Assembly (NCBI GenBank): GCA_029557905.1
Contig: JAKQHR010000092.1
Span: 11,228 to 75,227, forward strand
Reading direction: 5' to 3'
Length of the DNA stretch: 64,000 nucleotides
From: Verrucomicrobiota bacterium
GTDB lineage: Bacteria; Verrucomicrobiota; Kiritimatiellia; JAKQHR01
Of this stretch, positions 9,712 through 18,500 are shown in pieces. The notes below the pieces were generated by a model. The model saw only the letters and a list, made by a program, of their open reading frames with translations, ran no database searches and was not told the DNA's origin. The translations under genes were made by a program, and so were the position numbers. Position 1 is the stretch's first letter; every line of letters begins with the position of its first letter.

Positions 9712-10622
9712 TTTTTCTCCCTCCGCACGGGTTCAAGAACCTGTCCGCGCCGGACAAAACCTTCCAGAATCCGCGCGTGAGCAGAGGCCCTGTTCACCTG
9801 TGTCACGCGGATGCGCCCCGTTTGGCGTCCCGCGATGGTCTCGATGACGCGTCCGCTGACCGGATCAGTGATCTCGCGGCTTTCCTCGCGGACGATGAAC
9901 TCATCATATTTCCTGACCCGCGCGTTTTCGCCTCCGTTGATGATGACGGTGTCTGTTCCGGCCTCGGCGATGCGCGGCTGCCAGTATTCCGCCGGGATGC
10001 CCCGGAGAATTCCCCTCACGCCCCGGCGGAGGGCCTGTTCCGCAGCCCTGCCCAGCGGGGAATCTGAAAAGGCCTTCCCGCCGAAAGTCATGTTCTTGTA
10101 GCTGATGTCTGCCTGGCGCCGGGGGGTCGAGGCGGCGCCTTTGGCCCGGAAAGACGACAGGACCGAGCCGGACTTTGAATCCGACACAACCAGTTCAATT
10201 TCCACTTGTGCCCGGCCTGGCCGTGCCCGCGAGACGGCAAACCAGCCGCTTGAGTCTCCGGCAACGGAAAATTCAGTCACGGAGCCGGAAATGACATACT
10301 GTGCGTAGCTGTCCGAGGCTCCGTCGTTCAGCAGCAGATTTTTCCCCTGATCGAGGATTTTTTCAACGCCGGCCCGGACCTCCGGAACATGCACTTCCAC
10401 GCGGTCTGTTTTGCGCAGCGCATCCGCCGCGAGTCGCGCCATATCCTCGCCCGGTTTCCATTTCCCGCGGAATCCCGAATGATCTTCGAAGGTCTCTATG
10501 GAAACGGCCGGACGGCTGTCCAGTTTGACCGGCCATCGCGCGCGCGAAGTGGCGCAGCCGGACGGGAGAAGAAATGCCGTTGAAGCGCAAATCAGGAAAA
10601 AGTTCTGGAGGCCGCGCGGCAT
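9708..10622 (-). CDS. CsgG/HfaB-family outer-membrane lipoprotein with C-terminal extra domain
   Basis: Lipobox LLPSGC; segments VSIETFEDHSGF...VISGSVTEFSV...VEIELVVSDSKSGSVLSS align by eye to the CsgG fold (COG1462). Stop overlaps the ruvA start, implying co-transcription. Start chosen at MPRGLQ (10622); the ORF could extend to 10664. Confidence 0.55.
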   Translation of the reverse strand: MPRGLQNFFLICASTAFLLPSGCATSRARWPVKLDSRPAVSIETFEDHSGFRGKWKPGEDMARLAADALRKTDRVEVHVPEVRAGVEKILDQGKNLLLNDGASDSYAQYVISGSVTEFSVAGDSSGWFAVSRARPGRAQVEIELVVSDSKSGSVLSSFRAKGAASTPRRQADISYKNMTFGGKAFSDSPLGRAAEQALRRGVRGILRGIPAEYWQPRIAEAGTDTVIINGGENARVRKYDEFIVREESREITDPVSGRVIETIAGRQTGRIRVTQVNRASAHARILEGFVRRGQVLEPVRREKK

Positions 10623-10623
10623 G

Positions 10624-10977
10624 TCATTTGAGGGCATACTGCTCAACCGCCTCAAGGACATCATCAGGGTTCAGGGGTTTTTGCAGGAACTTCTTCACGT
10701 TCGGAAACTGTTTGAGCTCCTCTTCGTTATAGTCCGGGAATCCCGCCATCACGATCACCGGGACGGCGATATGTTCGGCGGCCAGCAGCATGAGAAGCTC
10801 GGCGCCGTTGATGTTGGGCATTCGCATGTCCAGCAGCATGCCCCTGCACTTCGGCTCCCTGGCGAGGTGATAGGCGGACTGTCCGTCGTGTGCGACACAG
10901 ACCTCATATCCGGCATCCTTGAGGAGGCGGGTCAGCAGATGCGTCAGCACCTTGTCATCATCGCATACCACGATCAT
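10624..10977 (-). CDS. Stand-alone response-regulator receiver (CheY-like) protein
   Basis: MIVVCDDDKVLTHLLTRLLKDAGYEVCVAHDGQSAYHLAREPKCRGMLLDMRMPNINGAELL: acidic pocket DDD, phospho-acceptor D in LLDMRMP, conserved K near the C-terminus; no output domain. Confidence 0.85.
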   Translation of the reverse strand: MIVVCDDDKVLTHLLTRLLKDAGYEVCVAHDGQSAYHLAREPKCRGMLLDMRMPNINGAELLMLLAAEHIAVPVIVMAGFPDYNEEELKQFPNVKKFLQKPLNPDDVLEAVEQYALK

Positions 10978-11238
10978 ATTGAATCTCCAGCTTTCATTCG
11001 GATTCAGGGTAAATCACCGGCCGGCGTTTGTCACGCTCAGAATGGACTGGAAACACTTCAAGGCAGCGTTTGCGCGCTGCCTTTTCTGACAAGAAAGGAA
11101 AGTGAGGCGCCTATTTTTTCGCGGTGTTCGCCCGCTGTTTCAGGCGTTTCACGCGACGGTCACGCGCTTTTCGTTTTACTCTGACTCTGAGTTGCTGTCC
11201 CATAATGCGCGCGGGTGTATCAGAAACGGAGGGCTTCG

Positions 11239-12390
11239 TCAACAGGGATTGTTGCAGAATCCGAGACCCTTTGCCTTTTCGGTCAGTATCCGGTCGGCGT
11301 GAAGGAGGCGGATGCGGGCGTCGGCGAATTCGTGCCGAACAGGATAGCCGCTGCGGAGAAGGGTGAAATTGCGTCCCCGGGTTTCATCATCGGCCGCGGC
11401 GGCCCTGCGCAGGAGGGTGTCGTCCGCCCGAATGTCATAGACGCTTCTCGACATCTGGTGCAGCACCTCTTCATGGCTGAGTCCGCGCGTATCCATTTCA
11501 ACCGGCGGCAGCGGTGCGGCGGCCGGCTCCGGCTTCCACGCCGGCGGTTCTTCCAGAAAATGACACAGCTCCTGATACACGGCCATGGTGCCGTTGAGAA
11601 GGCCCTGTGCCGAGTAGCCGGCGATATGGGGGCTGCCGATGTCCACCAGATCAAGCAGTGTGCGGCTGAAGACGGGTTCGTTCCGCCACACATCCAGCAC
11701 GGCGGCGGAAACCGCATCATTCTGCAGGCTGAGCGTCAGCGCCGATTCATCCACGACCTCTCCGCGCGAGGTGTTGATGAAAACGGCGCCCGGTTTGATC
11801 TGGGAGAAAAAGGGGCAGGCGGCAAGCCCCGCGGTTGGCCAGGGGCCTCCTGTTGTCAGCGGAACGTGAAGGGTGACAATGTCGGATTCTTTCAGCAGAT
11901 GCTCCAGAGGAATGAAATCAGGGTTCCCGGTCTCCGCGGCCAGGGGCGGGTCATTTTTCAGCACCCGTATTCCGATGACTTCGGCCCTGCGCGCAACCCG
12001 GCTGCCAATGTTTCCGCAACCGACAACCCCGAGCGTCATTTCATCCAGATCCAGCCGCTTTTCCGCGGCAATGCAGAGCAGGGCGGCCATGACATATTCG
12101 GCAACGCTGTTCGCGTTGCATCCGGGGGCGGATGCGCTGACAATGCCCGCGTGATCCAGCCACGCCCTGTCGAAGTGATCAAACCCCGCCGTGGCGGTGC
12201 CGACAAAACGGACCCGGCTGCCTTTCAGCAGGTCCGGACCGACCTTTGTTTTGGATCTCACCACAAGAGCGGTGGCGCTGGAAACGGCCTGGGGCGTTAT
12301 TTCGCTGTCCGGGATGATCTCCACCGGCCCGAACTGGGCAAATGCCGCGGCGCCCTGCGCCACGCTGGATGCACAAACAGTTTTAATCAT
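11239..12390 (-). CDS. pdxB: Erythronate-4-phosphate dehydrogenase (D-2-hydroxyacid dehydrogenase family)
   Basis: Near colinear with E. coli PdxB from memory: SKTKVGPDLLKGSRVRFVGTATAGFDH, GVVGCGNIGSRV NAD-binding motif, C-terminal dimerisation segment VYDIRADDTLLR. Confidence 0.8.
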   Translation of the reverse strand: MIKTVCASSVAQGAAAFAQFGPVEIIPDSEITPQAVSSATALVVRSKTKVGPDLLKGSRVRFVGTATAGFDHFDRAWLDHAGIVSASAPGCNANSVAEYVMAALLCIAAEKRLDLDEMTLGVVGCGNIGSRVARRAEVIGIRVLKNDPPLAAETGNPDFIPLEHLLKESDIVTLHVPLTTGGPWPTAGLAACPFFSQIKPGAVFINTSRGEVVDESALTLSLQNDAVSAAVLDVWRNEPVFSRTLLDLVDIGSPHIAGYSAQGLLNGTMAVYQELCHFLEEPPAWKPEPAAAPLPPVEMDTRGLSHEEVLHQMSRSVYDIRADDTLLRRAAAADDETRGRNFTLLRSGYPVRHEFADARIRLLHADRILTEKAKGLGFCNNPC

Positions 12391-12468
12391 TACAGTCTCT
12401 CTTCTGCGCTTTCCCGGTAAATGACAGCCGTATCACGGCATGGGTTTCAAGTATCCGCCTGCTCGCAG

Positions 12469-13539
12469 TCAGATCCACTTTTTCCGCCGGAACAGCAGCA
12501 GCATAAACAGCGCAATGCCGCTCATAATGGCCCAGCTCATGGCATAACCCCAGCGCCAGTCCAGCTCGGGCATATGCCGGAAATTCATGCCGTAGACCCC
12601 GGCCACGAAAGTCAGGGGAATGAAAATCGTGGCCGTGATGGTCAGGGTCTTCATGATTTCATTCATGTGAAAACTGATCTGCGAGATGTAGATGTCCAGC
12701 AGTCCGCCGGTGGTGTCCCGGAAGGTTTCCACCGCGTCCATGATCTGCAGCATGTGGTCCCGAAGGTTTCCAATGAAGCGGGATGTTTCCCGGCGGATGA
12801 GCGGCGAATCGCACCGCTGCAGATCGGAGGTCAGTTCCCGCAGCGGCCAGATGGCCTTGCGAATGTGAATCAGGTCGGAACGGACGCCGTGAATATTCTT
12901 GAGCGTTTCGGGGTCGGGCCGGCCGGAAACTTCTTCCTCCAGCCGCTCTATCCGGTCGCCAATGTCCTCCAGAATGAGATAATAATTGTCAATGATCATG
13001 TCGATCAGCGAATAGGCCAGATAGTCCGCGCCGTGCTCGGCCAGGTGCGAGTTCTTCTCGCGCAGGCGCTTGCGGACAGGATCAAAAACGTCGCCCTGCG
13101 CCTCCTGAAAGGTGAAAACCGCGTCCTGGGTCAGGAGCAGGCTGACCTGTTCCGATTCGATGTGATCGTCGTGGTCCTTGTTGTAGAGCATTCGAAGCAC
13201 ACAATAGATATAGCTGCCGTGATCCTCCATTTTGGGCCGCTGGCCGGTGTGCACGATGTCTTCGAGAACCAGTTCGTGGAAGCCGAACTGCGCCCCGATA
13301 CGGCGGATGAGATTCACGTCGCTGACCCCGTCCACATTCACCCAGGTGACATGCCCCCGGGGAAGCGGCCCGGAAGGAAACTGATCGGCGTGCACTTGCG
13401 TCTCCTCAAAATGGCCTTTGTTGTACGAGAAGACATCGATCATCTCGTTGGCATTCGGGTTGCTCCCGATGTACACCAGCGCTTCCGGGGGGCTTTGCAG
13501 CGCCCGCCGCCGGCTTTTCATGTGTCGCGACATGGACAT
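12469..13539 (-). CDS. corA: Magnesium/cobalt transporter CorA
   Basis: C-terminal two TM helices with the GMNF signature (YGMNFRHMPELDWRWGY) and a basic C-tail; 356 aa. Confidence 0.9.
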   Translation of the reverse strand: MSMSRHMKSRRRALQSPPEALVYIGSNPNANEMIDVFSYNKGHFEETQVHADQFPSGPLPRGHVTWVNVDGVSDVNLIRRIGAQFGFHELVLEDIVHTGQRPKMEDHGSYIYCVLRMLYNKDHDDHIESEQVSLLLTQDAVFTFQEAQGDVFDPVRKRLREKNSHLAEHGADYLAYSLIDMIIDNYYLILEDIGDRIERLEEEVSGRPDPETLKNIHGVRSDLIHIRKAIWPLRELTSDLQRCDSPLIRRETSRFIGNLRDHMLQIMDAVETFRDTTGGLLDIYISQISFHMNEIMKTLTITATIFIPLTFVAGVYGMNFRHMPELDWRWGYAMSWAIMSGIALFMLLLFRRKKWI

Positions 13540-13637
13540 CTCCTTAATATCGTCCGCTCATTATATTCTTCAGACGGCAGGCATGTCGAACAGAATCCGC
13601 GCGGTCGATTTTTGTGCGCGGTTTTCAATGATGCCTA

Positions 13638-13667
13638 TTGACGAGCGGCATCCGTTTCGGGTAGTTT
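13638..13667 (+). promoter_or_regulatory. Candidate sigma70-type promoter for the pilin-like gene (TTGACG-18 bp-TAGTTT)
   Basis: -35-like TTGACG at 13638-13643, 18-nt spacer, -10-like TAGTTT at 13662-13667, ~85 nt upstream of the ATG at 13752. Sequence-only guess. Confidence 0.3.
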
Positions 13668-13751
13668 ATCCGCAGAGTTGCAGTGAATTGGACGGGCATT
13701 GTGTGCGCTTGGACGGACGGAATGCCGCGGGTGATTAATCAGGAGACAGAA

Positions 13752-14432
13752 ATGACATACATCAGAAAATTGATGAAACGAAAAGGGTTCACGCTGATCG
13801 AACTGCTCGTGGTGATTGCGATTATCGCCGTGCTGGCCGGTTTGCTGCTGCCCGCGATTTCCAACGCCCGCGAGCGCGCCAACCGCATTTCGTGCGTGAA
13901 CAACCTCAAGCAGTTCGGCACCGGTCTGTACCTGTATGAGGACAGCTACGGTGAAAACAACTGGCCGGCGGGCCCCGGGCCCACAAACGACATTCGCGCG
14001 CTGGGCAAGTACGCCAATGCTCCCAAGATGTACATCTGCAAGAGCGACAAGTATCGTTCTGCCGCGGCGCGAATTGAGGACATAACGGGGGCCAACTGCA
14101 GCTATATCTACCTCGCCGGTTATCAGGCTTCCGACAATGGCAATTTTGTTGTCATGTTTGACAAGAACGGCCGTGAGGAGCCCTCCGGCATCCTTGCTGA
14201 AGACGCCAAACTTCTCGGAGCTACAACTCCGCCCAGCCAGGCCAACAGCTGGGGTGGAAATCATGGCACCGAGGGCGGCAATGCGCTGCATGTGGATGGA
14301 CATGCCGAGTGGATTCCCGTGGTCAGCGATGATTTCAACATCTCGGACCTTTTGAATGAAATGCGCTTCCCGTCGAACGCCGTCTATGAACTGACAGTGA
14401 CGACCTGCGCGGAGGTCATTCCGGCCAAGTAA
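13752..14432 (+). CDS. Prepilin-type N-terminal cleavage/methylation domain protein (type IV pilin-like, DUF1559/H-X9-DG family)
   Basis: [49 protein letters not shown] is the canonical PVC-superphylum pseudopilin N-terminus; SD aggaga precedes the ATG. Confidence 0.9.
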   Translation: MTYIRKLMKRKGFTLIELLVVIAIIAVLAGLLLPAISNARERANRISCVNNLKQFGTGLYLYEDSYGENNWPAGPGPTNDIRALGKYANAPKMYICKSDKYRSAAARIEDITGANCSYIYLAGYQASDNGNFVVMFDKNGREEPSGILAEDAKLLGATTPPSQANSWGGNHGTEGGNALHVDGHAEWIPVVSDDFNISDLLNEMRFPSNAVYELTVTTCAEVIPAK

Positions 14433-14455
14433 CCGGAATTCAGGAATATAGTGAA

Positions 14456-14486
14456 GAAAGCGGGAACATGTGTTCCCGCTTTTTTC
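14456..14486 (+). terminator. Rho-independent terminator after the pilin-like gene
   Basis: aaagcgggaacatgtgttcccgc followed by a T6 tract. Confidence 0.8.
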
Positions 14487-14494
14487 TTTGTTTT

Positions 14495-14550
14495 GGAGGG
14501 TCGAGCTCTGCGAGATCGAATTTCCGCGGCGTCGCAGAGCTCCGCCCTCC
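14495..14550. repeat. REP-like imperfect palindrome (GGAGGGTCGAGCTCTGCGA...TCGCAGAGCTCCGCCCTCC) flanking the RAYT gene
   Basis: ~56-nt inverted repeat. A further half-copy lies at 14583-14609 (GGAGGGTCGAGCTCCGCGAGACCGAAT). Its inverted partner TTTCCGCGGCGTCGCGGAGCTCCGCCCTCC is on the other side of the gene at 15125-15154. Confidence 0.8.
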
Positions 14551-14608
14551 AATCCTGAAATAGAGCGTCTATATGAACATCTGGAGGGTCGAGCTCCGCG
14601 AGACCGAA

Positions 14609-15082
14609 TCACCACCGCAACACATTGATTTCGCCGCAAAAGGGCCAGTCATCGGGTGATTCAACCAAACCTGCCCGGACGGGATTTTGGCGCACATATT
14701 CCCATTTATTGCCGTAACTCTCTTCGCGCCGTAATTGAGTATCCCAAAACTCCCGCTGCCATATTGGTTTTTCATTTTTGCGCGGCCATTGGCGGGTCAC
14801 CTCATTCTTCCAATAAGTGATCCATGCCTTCAGCCGGCAATTCAAATCTCTCGGCGCGCAGAAAAGGTGAATATGGTCGGGCATAATCACATAGCGACCG
14901 ACCAGCCAGCGATCGGCTTTTGTCCAGCCATCCAATAGCAGGTGTTGTGCTTCTGTATTGGCAAGCAAAGGTCGTTTGTCCTTCACGCAGAGTGTCAGAA
15001 ACAAAATGGTCGGATGATTGACCCTGATGTGAGGCGGATGATGCGCGGGGTGACATCTTTGCGGCAATTGGCTTTCGTTCAT
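14609..15082 (-). mobile_element. REP-associated tyrosine transposase (RAYT / TnpA_REP, IS200-like Y1 HuH transposase)
   Basis: HuH motif YVIMPDHIHLF; IWQREFWDTQLR and WEYVRQNPVRAGLVESPDDWPF closely parallel E. coli YafM (IWQPRFWEHAIR...DYIYINPVKHGWV...DWPF), including the catalytic Tyr context. Flanked by inverted REP elements. Confidence 0.85.
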
Positions 15083-15116
15083 ATCCGTTTATGTACCTCT
15101 GCACATGAAAAAGTGC

Positions 15117-15154
15117 GAGTTCAATTTCCGCGGCGTCGCGGAGCTCCGCCCTCC
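15117..15154. repeat. REP-like element, inverted partner of the 14583-14609 copy
   Basis: gagttcaatttccgcggcgtcgcggagctccgccctcc; a degenerate further copy may lie at 15190-15240. Confidence 0.75.
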
Positions 15155-15306
15155 AAAAATACCTTCCAGCCTCCGGTATGAACACATAGGGGGTCGATCT
15201 CCCACCTTCGCCAGGGGGCTTCGGAGGACAAGCCGCGAGACCGTACTTGTTTTCCATACTCCTCTGATTTAGAGTCATTGCCGGAAATTCACAGGGATAC
15301 TGATTT

Positions 15307-17148
15307 ATGTGCGGGATCATCGGATATGTTGGCAATGAGGATGCGCAGCCCGTTATTCTGGACGGCCTGAAGCGGCTGGAATACCGGGGTTATGACTCCG
15401 CCGGCCTGGCCGTGCTTTCCGGAGGAACGCTCACCATCCGCAAACGCGTCGGCCGGTTGTCCAGCCTGGAACAGACCTGCGCGGAAAACCCGGTGCAGGG
15501 GAGTCCCGGCATTGGCCACACGCGATGGGCCACCCATGGAGAACCGTCCGAAGTCAATTCCCATCCCCACACCGACACGGCCGGGGAGATCGCCGTGGTC
15601 CACAACGGCATCATTGAGAACTATCTTGAGCTGCGGGAGATGCTTGAGAAAGAAGGCTTTGTTTTCAGGTCGCAGACAGATACGGAAGTGATTCCAAACC
15701 TGATTGCGCTTGAACTGCGCCGGGACCAAAAGGATTTCATGGGCGCTCTATCGCGTGCGCTGCAGCGTGCGCGCGGGGCCTATGCGCTGGGCATCCTCTG
15801 GACCCGTGAACCCGGCCGCATTTATGCGGCGCGGCAGGGAAGCCCGCTGATCATTGGTGTGGGAGAGGGCGAAAATTTCATTGCGAGCGACGTGCCCGCC
15901 ATCATCAACCGCGTGACACGCGTGATTTATCTCAACGACGGCGAGATGGCCTGCCTTGAGGCCGATGGGATCAGGCTGTTCAATCTCAAGGGCGAAGAAC
16001 TCAAACCGGACATCCAGAAGGTTACGATTCATGCCGAAGCGGCCAGCAAGGCGGGCTTCGAGACCTTCATGCTCAAGGAAATCCACGAGCAGCCCCGGGT
16101 ACTTCACGGCCTGCTGTCGAAGCACACATCCGACCGTCAGGACATCGCCGTGGACCTGTCCGGACTGGGCCGGGACTACTGCCGCGCCATCAACCGGGTG
16201 ATGATTGTGAGCTGCGGCACGGCCTATTATGCCGGATGCTACGGCCGTCTTCTGCTGGAGCTTCTGCTTGATATCAATGTGGAAGTTGAACTGGGAAGTG
16301 AATTGCGCTACCGCAGGGCAAAACTGGATCCCGGCACGCTGATCATAGCCGTTTCGCAGTCTGGCGAAACCGCCGACACCATTGCCGCCGTGAAAAAGGC
16401 CAAGGCGTCCGGCTGCAGGGTTCTGTCCATCTGCAATGTGCCCGGCAGCTCGCTTGTGCGCGAAAGTCATGCGGTGCTGTTCACCGATGCGGGCCCCGAA
16501 ATCGGCGTGGCTTCGACGAAGGCCTTCACGGCGCAGCTGATGGCCTTCGCCCTGTTTTCGCTGGGTCTGGCCCGGCTTCGGGGAGAGCTTTCGGACGAGA
16601 AACTGTCGCGCTGCCTGGCCGAGCTGCAGAAGGTGCCGACACACATTCATTATGTGCTCAGCCGCAAAGATGCGATCCGCCAGATAGCCGACAAGCATCA
16701 TGACGGGCCCAGCGCGCTGTATCTCGGCCGCCGCTTCAACTATCCTATCGCGCTGGAGGGGGCGCTGAAAAACAAGGAAATATCCTATCAGCATGCGGAG
16801 GGATATGCCGCCGGGGAAATGAAGCACGGGCCGATTGCGCTGATCAGTGAGTATCTGCCGGTGGTGTGCATCTGCACGAAAACCGATGACGAGCTCTACG
16901 AGAAGATGATGTCCAATGTCCGCGAGGTGGACGCGCGTCACGGGCGCATTATCGCCGTGGCCACGGATGGCGATGAAGCTGTCCGCGGCCTCGCCGGGGA
17001 TATCATCTATGTTCCGGAAATCGCCGAAGAGTTTTCTCCCATGGTAAACGTCGTGGCGCTTCAGCTTCTGGCATATTATTCCGCTCAGGCCCGCGGGACG
17101 GACATAGACAAGCCCCGCAACCTGGCCAAAAGTGTAACCGTGGAGTGA
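15307..17148 (+). CDS. glmS: Glutamine--fructose-6-phosphate aminotransferase (isomerizing)
   Basis: MCGIIGYVG N-terminal nucleophile Cys; two SIS domains; C-terminal KSVTVE. Confidence 0.95.
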   Translation: MCGIIGYVGNEDAQPVILDGLKRLEYRGYDSAGLAVLSGGTLTIRKRVGRLSSLEQTCAENPVQGSPGIGHTRWATHGEPSEVNSHPHTDTAGEIAVVHNGIIENYLELREMLEKEGFVFRSQTDTEVIPNLIALELRRDQKDFMGALSRALQRARGAYALGILWTREPGRIYAARQGSPLIIGVGEGENFIASDVPAIINRVTRVIYLNDGEMACLEADGIRLFNLKGEELKPDIQKVTIHAEAASKAGFETFMLKEIHEQPRVLHGLLSKHTSDRQDIAVDLSGLGRDYCRAINRVMIVSCGTAYYAGCYGRLLLELLLDINVEVELGSELRYRRAKLDPGTLIIAVSQSGETADTIAAVKKAKASGCRVLSICNVPGSSLVRESHAVLFTDAGPEIGVASTKAFTAQLMAFALFSLGLARLRGELSDEKLSRCLAELQKVPTHIHYVLSRKDAIRQIADKHHDGPSALYLGRRFNYPIALEGALKNKEISYQHAEGYAAGEMKHGPIALISEYLPVVCICTKTDDELYEKMMSNVREVDARHGRIIAVATDGDEAVRGLAGDIIYVPEIAEEFSPMVNVVALQLLAYYSAQARGTDIDKPRNLAKSVTVE

Positions 17149-17153
17149 CCGGG

Positions 17154-18434
17154 ATGGCGCGTTTCATAATCAGGGGCGGCAATGCGGTCGGAGGGACCAT
17201 GCGGCCCGTCGGCAACAAGAATGCCGCGCTTCCGATGATCGCGGCGTCGCTGCTGACGGATGAACCCGTCAGGCTGTCCAATGTCCCGCGAATTGAGGAC
17301 GTGCGCGTGATGCTCGATCTGCTGCGGGGCACTGGCGCGGAAGTTTCGCAGCGCGGCGGCACCGTGACCATCGTTTCGGGAGGCGGGAGTTCCGGTCCGC
17401 TGAATCGCGTCCTTTGCACAAAAGTGCGCAGTTCAATACTGCTGGCGGGGCCGCTGGCGGCCCGCCGGGGCCGGGTGGTGCTGGCGCCGCCCGGCGGCGA
17501 CGTGATCGGCCGCCGCCGACTGGACACTCATTTTTATGCCTTGCGCGCCCTTGGAATTGATGTCCGGATCGGATCCTCCGTGACATTCCAGAGGAAAAAA
17601 CTGGCCGGCGCGGAAATCCTGCTGGACGAAGCCAGCGTTACGGCCACGGAGAACGCGATGATGGCCGCCGTGCTGGCGCCGGGCAGAACGGTGATTTACA
17701 ATGCCGCCTGCGAACCGCACGTTCAGGACCTGGGCGTGATGCTGGTCAAAATGGGGGCCCGCATCGAGGGACTCGGCACCAACCGGATTGAAATCCGGGG
17801 CGTCAGGCGCCTGCATGGGGCCGCGCATCGCGTGGGTGCGGACTATATCGAAATCGGCAGCTTCATCGCCGCGGCCGCCGCAACGGGCGGCGCGCTGGAC
17901 ATCCCGCTTGATGGAGACAGCCGGGTGTGGCTTCCTGTCGTCGAGAAGATGTTTCAGACCATGGGCATTTCGTGGTCGGTGCGGAATGGAAAGCTGCATA
18001 TGCCCGCGCGGCAGGAGAAGGCCGTTCAGTCGGCGGCGGCGTCTGATATTCCGACGATCAGCGACGGCATCTGGCCCGCCTTCCCGTCCGACCTGATGAG
18101 CGTGGCGATCGTGCTGGCCACGCAGTCTTCCGGCACGGCGCTCTTTTTTGAAAAGCTTTTTGAGAGCCGGATGTATTTTGTGGACCATCTCATCAGCATG
18201 GGCGCGCGCATTGTCCAGTGCGATCCGCACCGCGTGGTGGTGGTCGGTCCTTCCCGGCTGCGTCCGGCCCACATGAGTTCTCCGGACATTCGCGCAGGCA
18301 TGGCTCTGCTGATCGCGGCGCTGTGCGCCCGCGGCGAGAGTGTCATTGAAAATGCGCAGATCATAGATCGCGGCTATGAGCGCATCGAGGAAAAGCTTCG
18401 CGCCCTTGGCGCGGACATTCGGCGCGTGGAATAG
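17154..18434 (+). CDS. murA: UDP-N-acetylglucosamine 1-carboxyvinyltransferase
   Basis: MARFIIRGGNAVGGTMRPVGNKNAALPMIAASLLTDEPVRLSNVPRIEDV parallels the MurA N-terminus; ~427 aa. Confidence 0.9.
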   Translation: MARFIIRGGNAVGGTMRPVGNKNAALPMIAASLLTDEPVRLSNVPRIEDVRVMLDLLRGTGAEVSQRGGTVTIVSGGGSSGPLNRVLCTKVRSSILLAGPLAARRGRVVLAPPGGDVIGRRRLDTHFYALRALGIDVRIGSSVTFQRKKLAGAEILLDEASVTATENAMMAAVLAPGRTVIYNAACEPHVQDLGVMLVKMGARIEGLGTNRIEIRGVRRLHGAAHRVGADYIEIGSFIAAAAATGGALDIPLDGDSRVWLPVVEKMFQTMGISWSVRNGKLHMPARQEKAVQSAAASDIPTISDGIWPAFPSDLMSVAIVLATQSSGTALFFEKLFESRMYFVDHLISMGARIVQCDPHRVVVVGPSRLRPAHMSSPDIRAGMALLIAALCARGESVIENAQIIDRGYERIEEKLRALGADIRRVE

Positions 18435-18500
18435 CGGCGCGCCGCCGGATTGACGCCGCAGAATCTGAACGGTAGATTTCCCTCCGAAGCATTTCATTTG

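Noticed and set aside
14802-15335. 177-aa minus-strand ORF overlapping the RAYT gene in another frame and running into the glmS start
   Set aside because: No recognisable motifs. It overlaps a well-supported RAYT ORF and the REP element, so it is most likely spurious.
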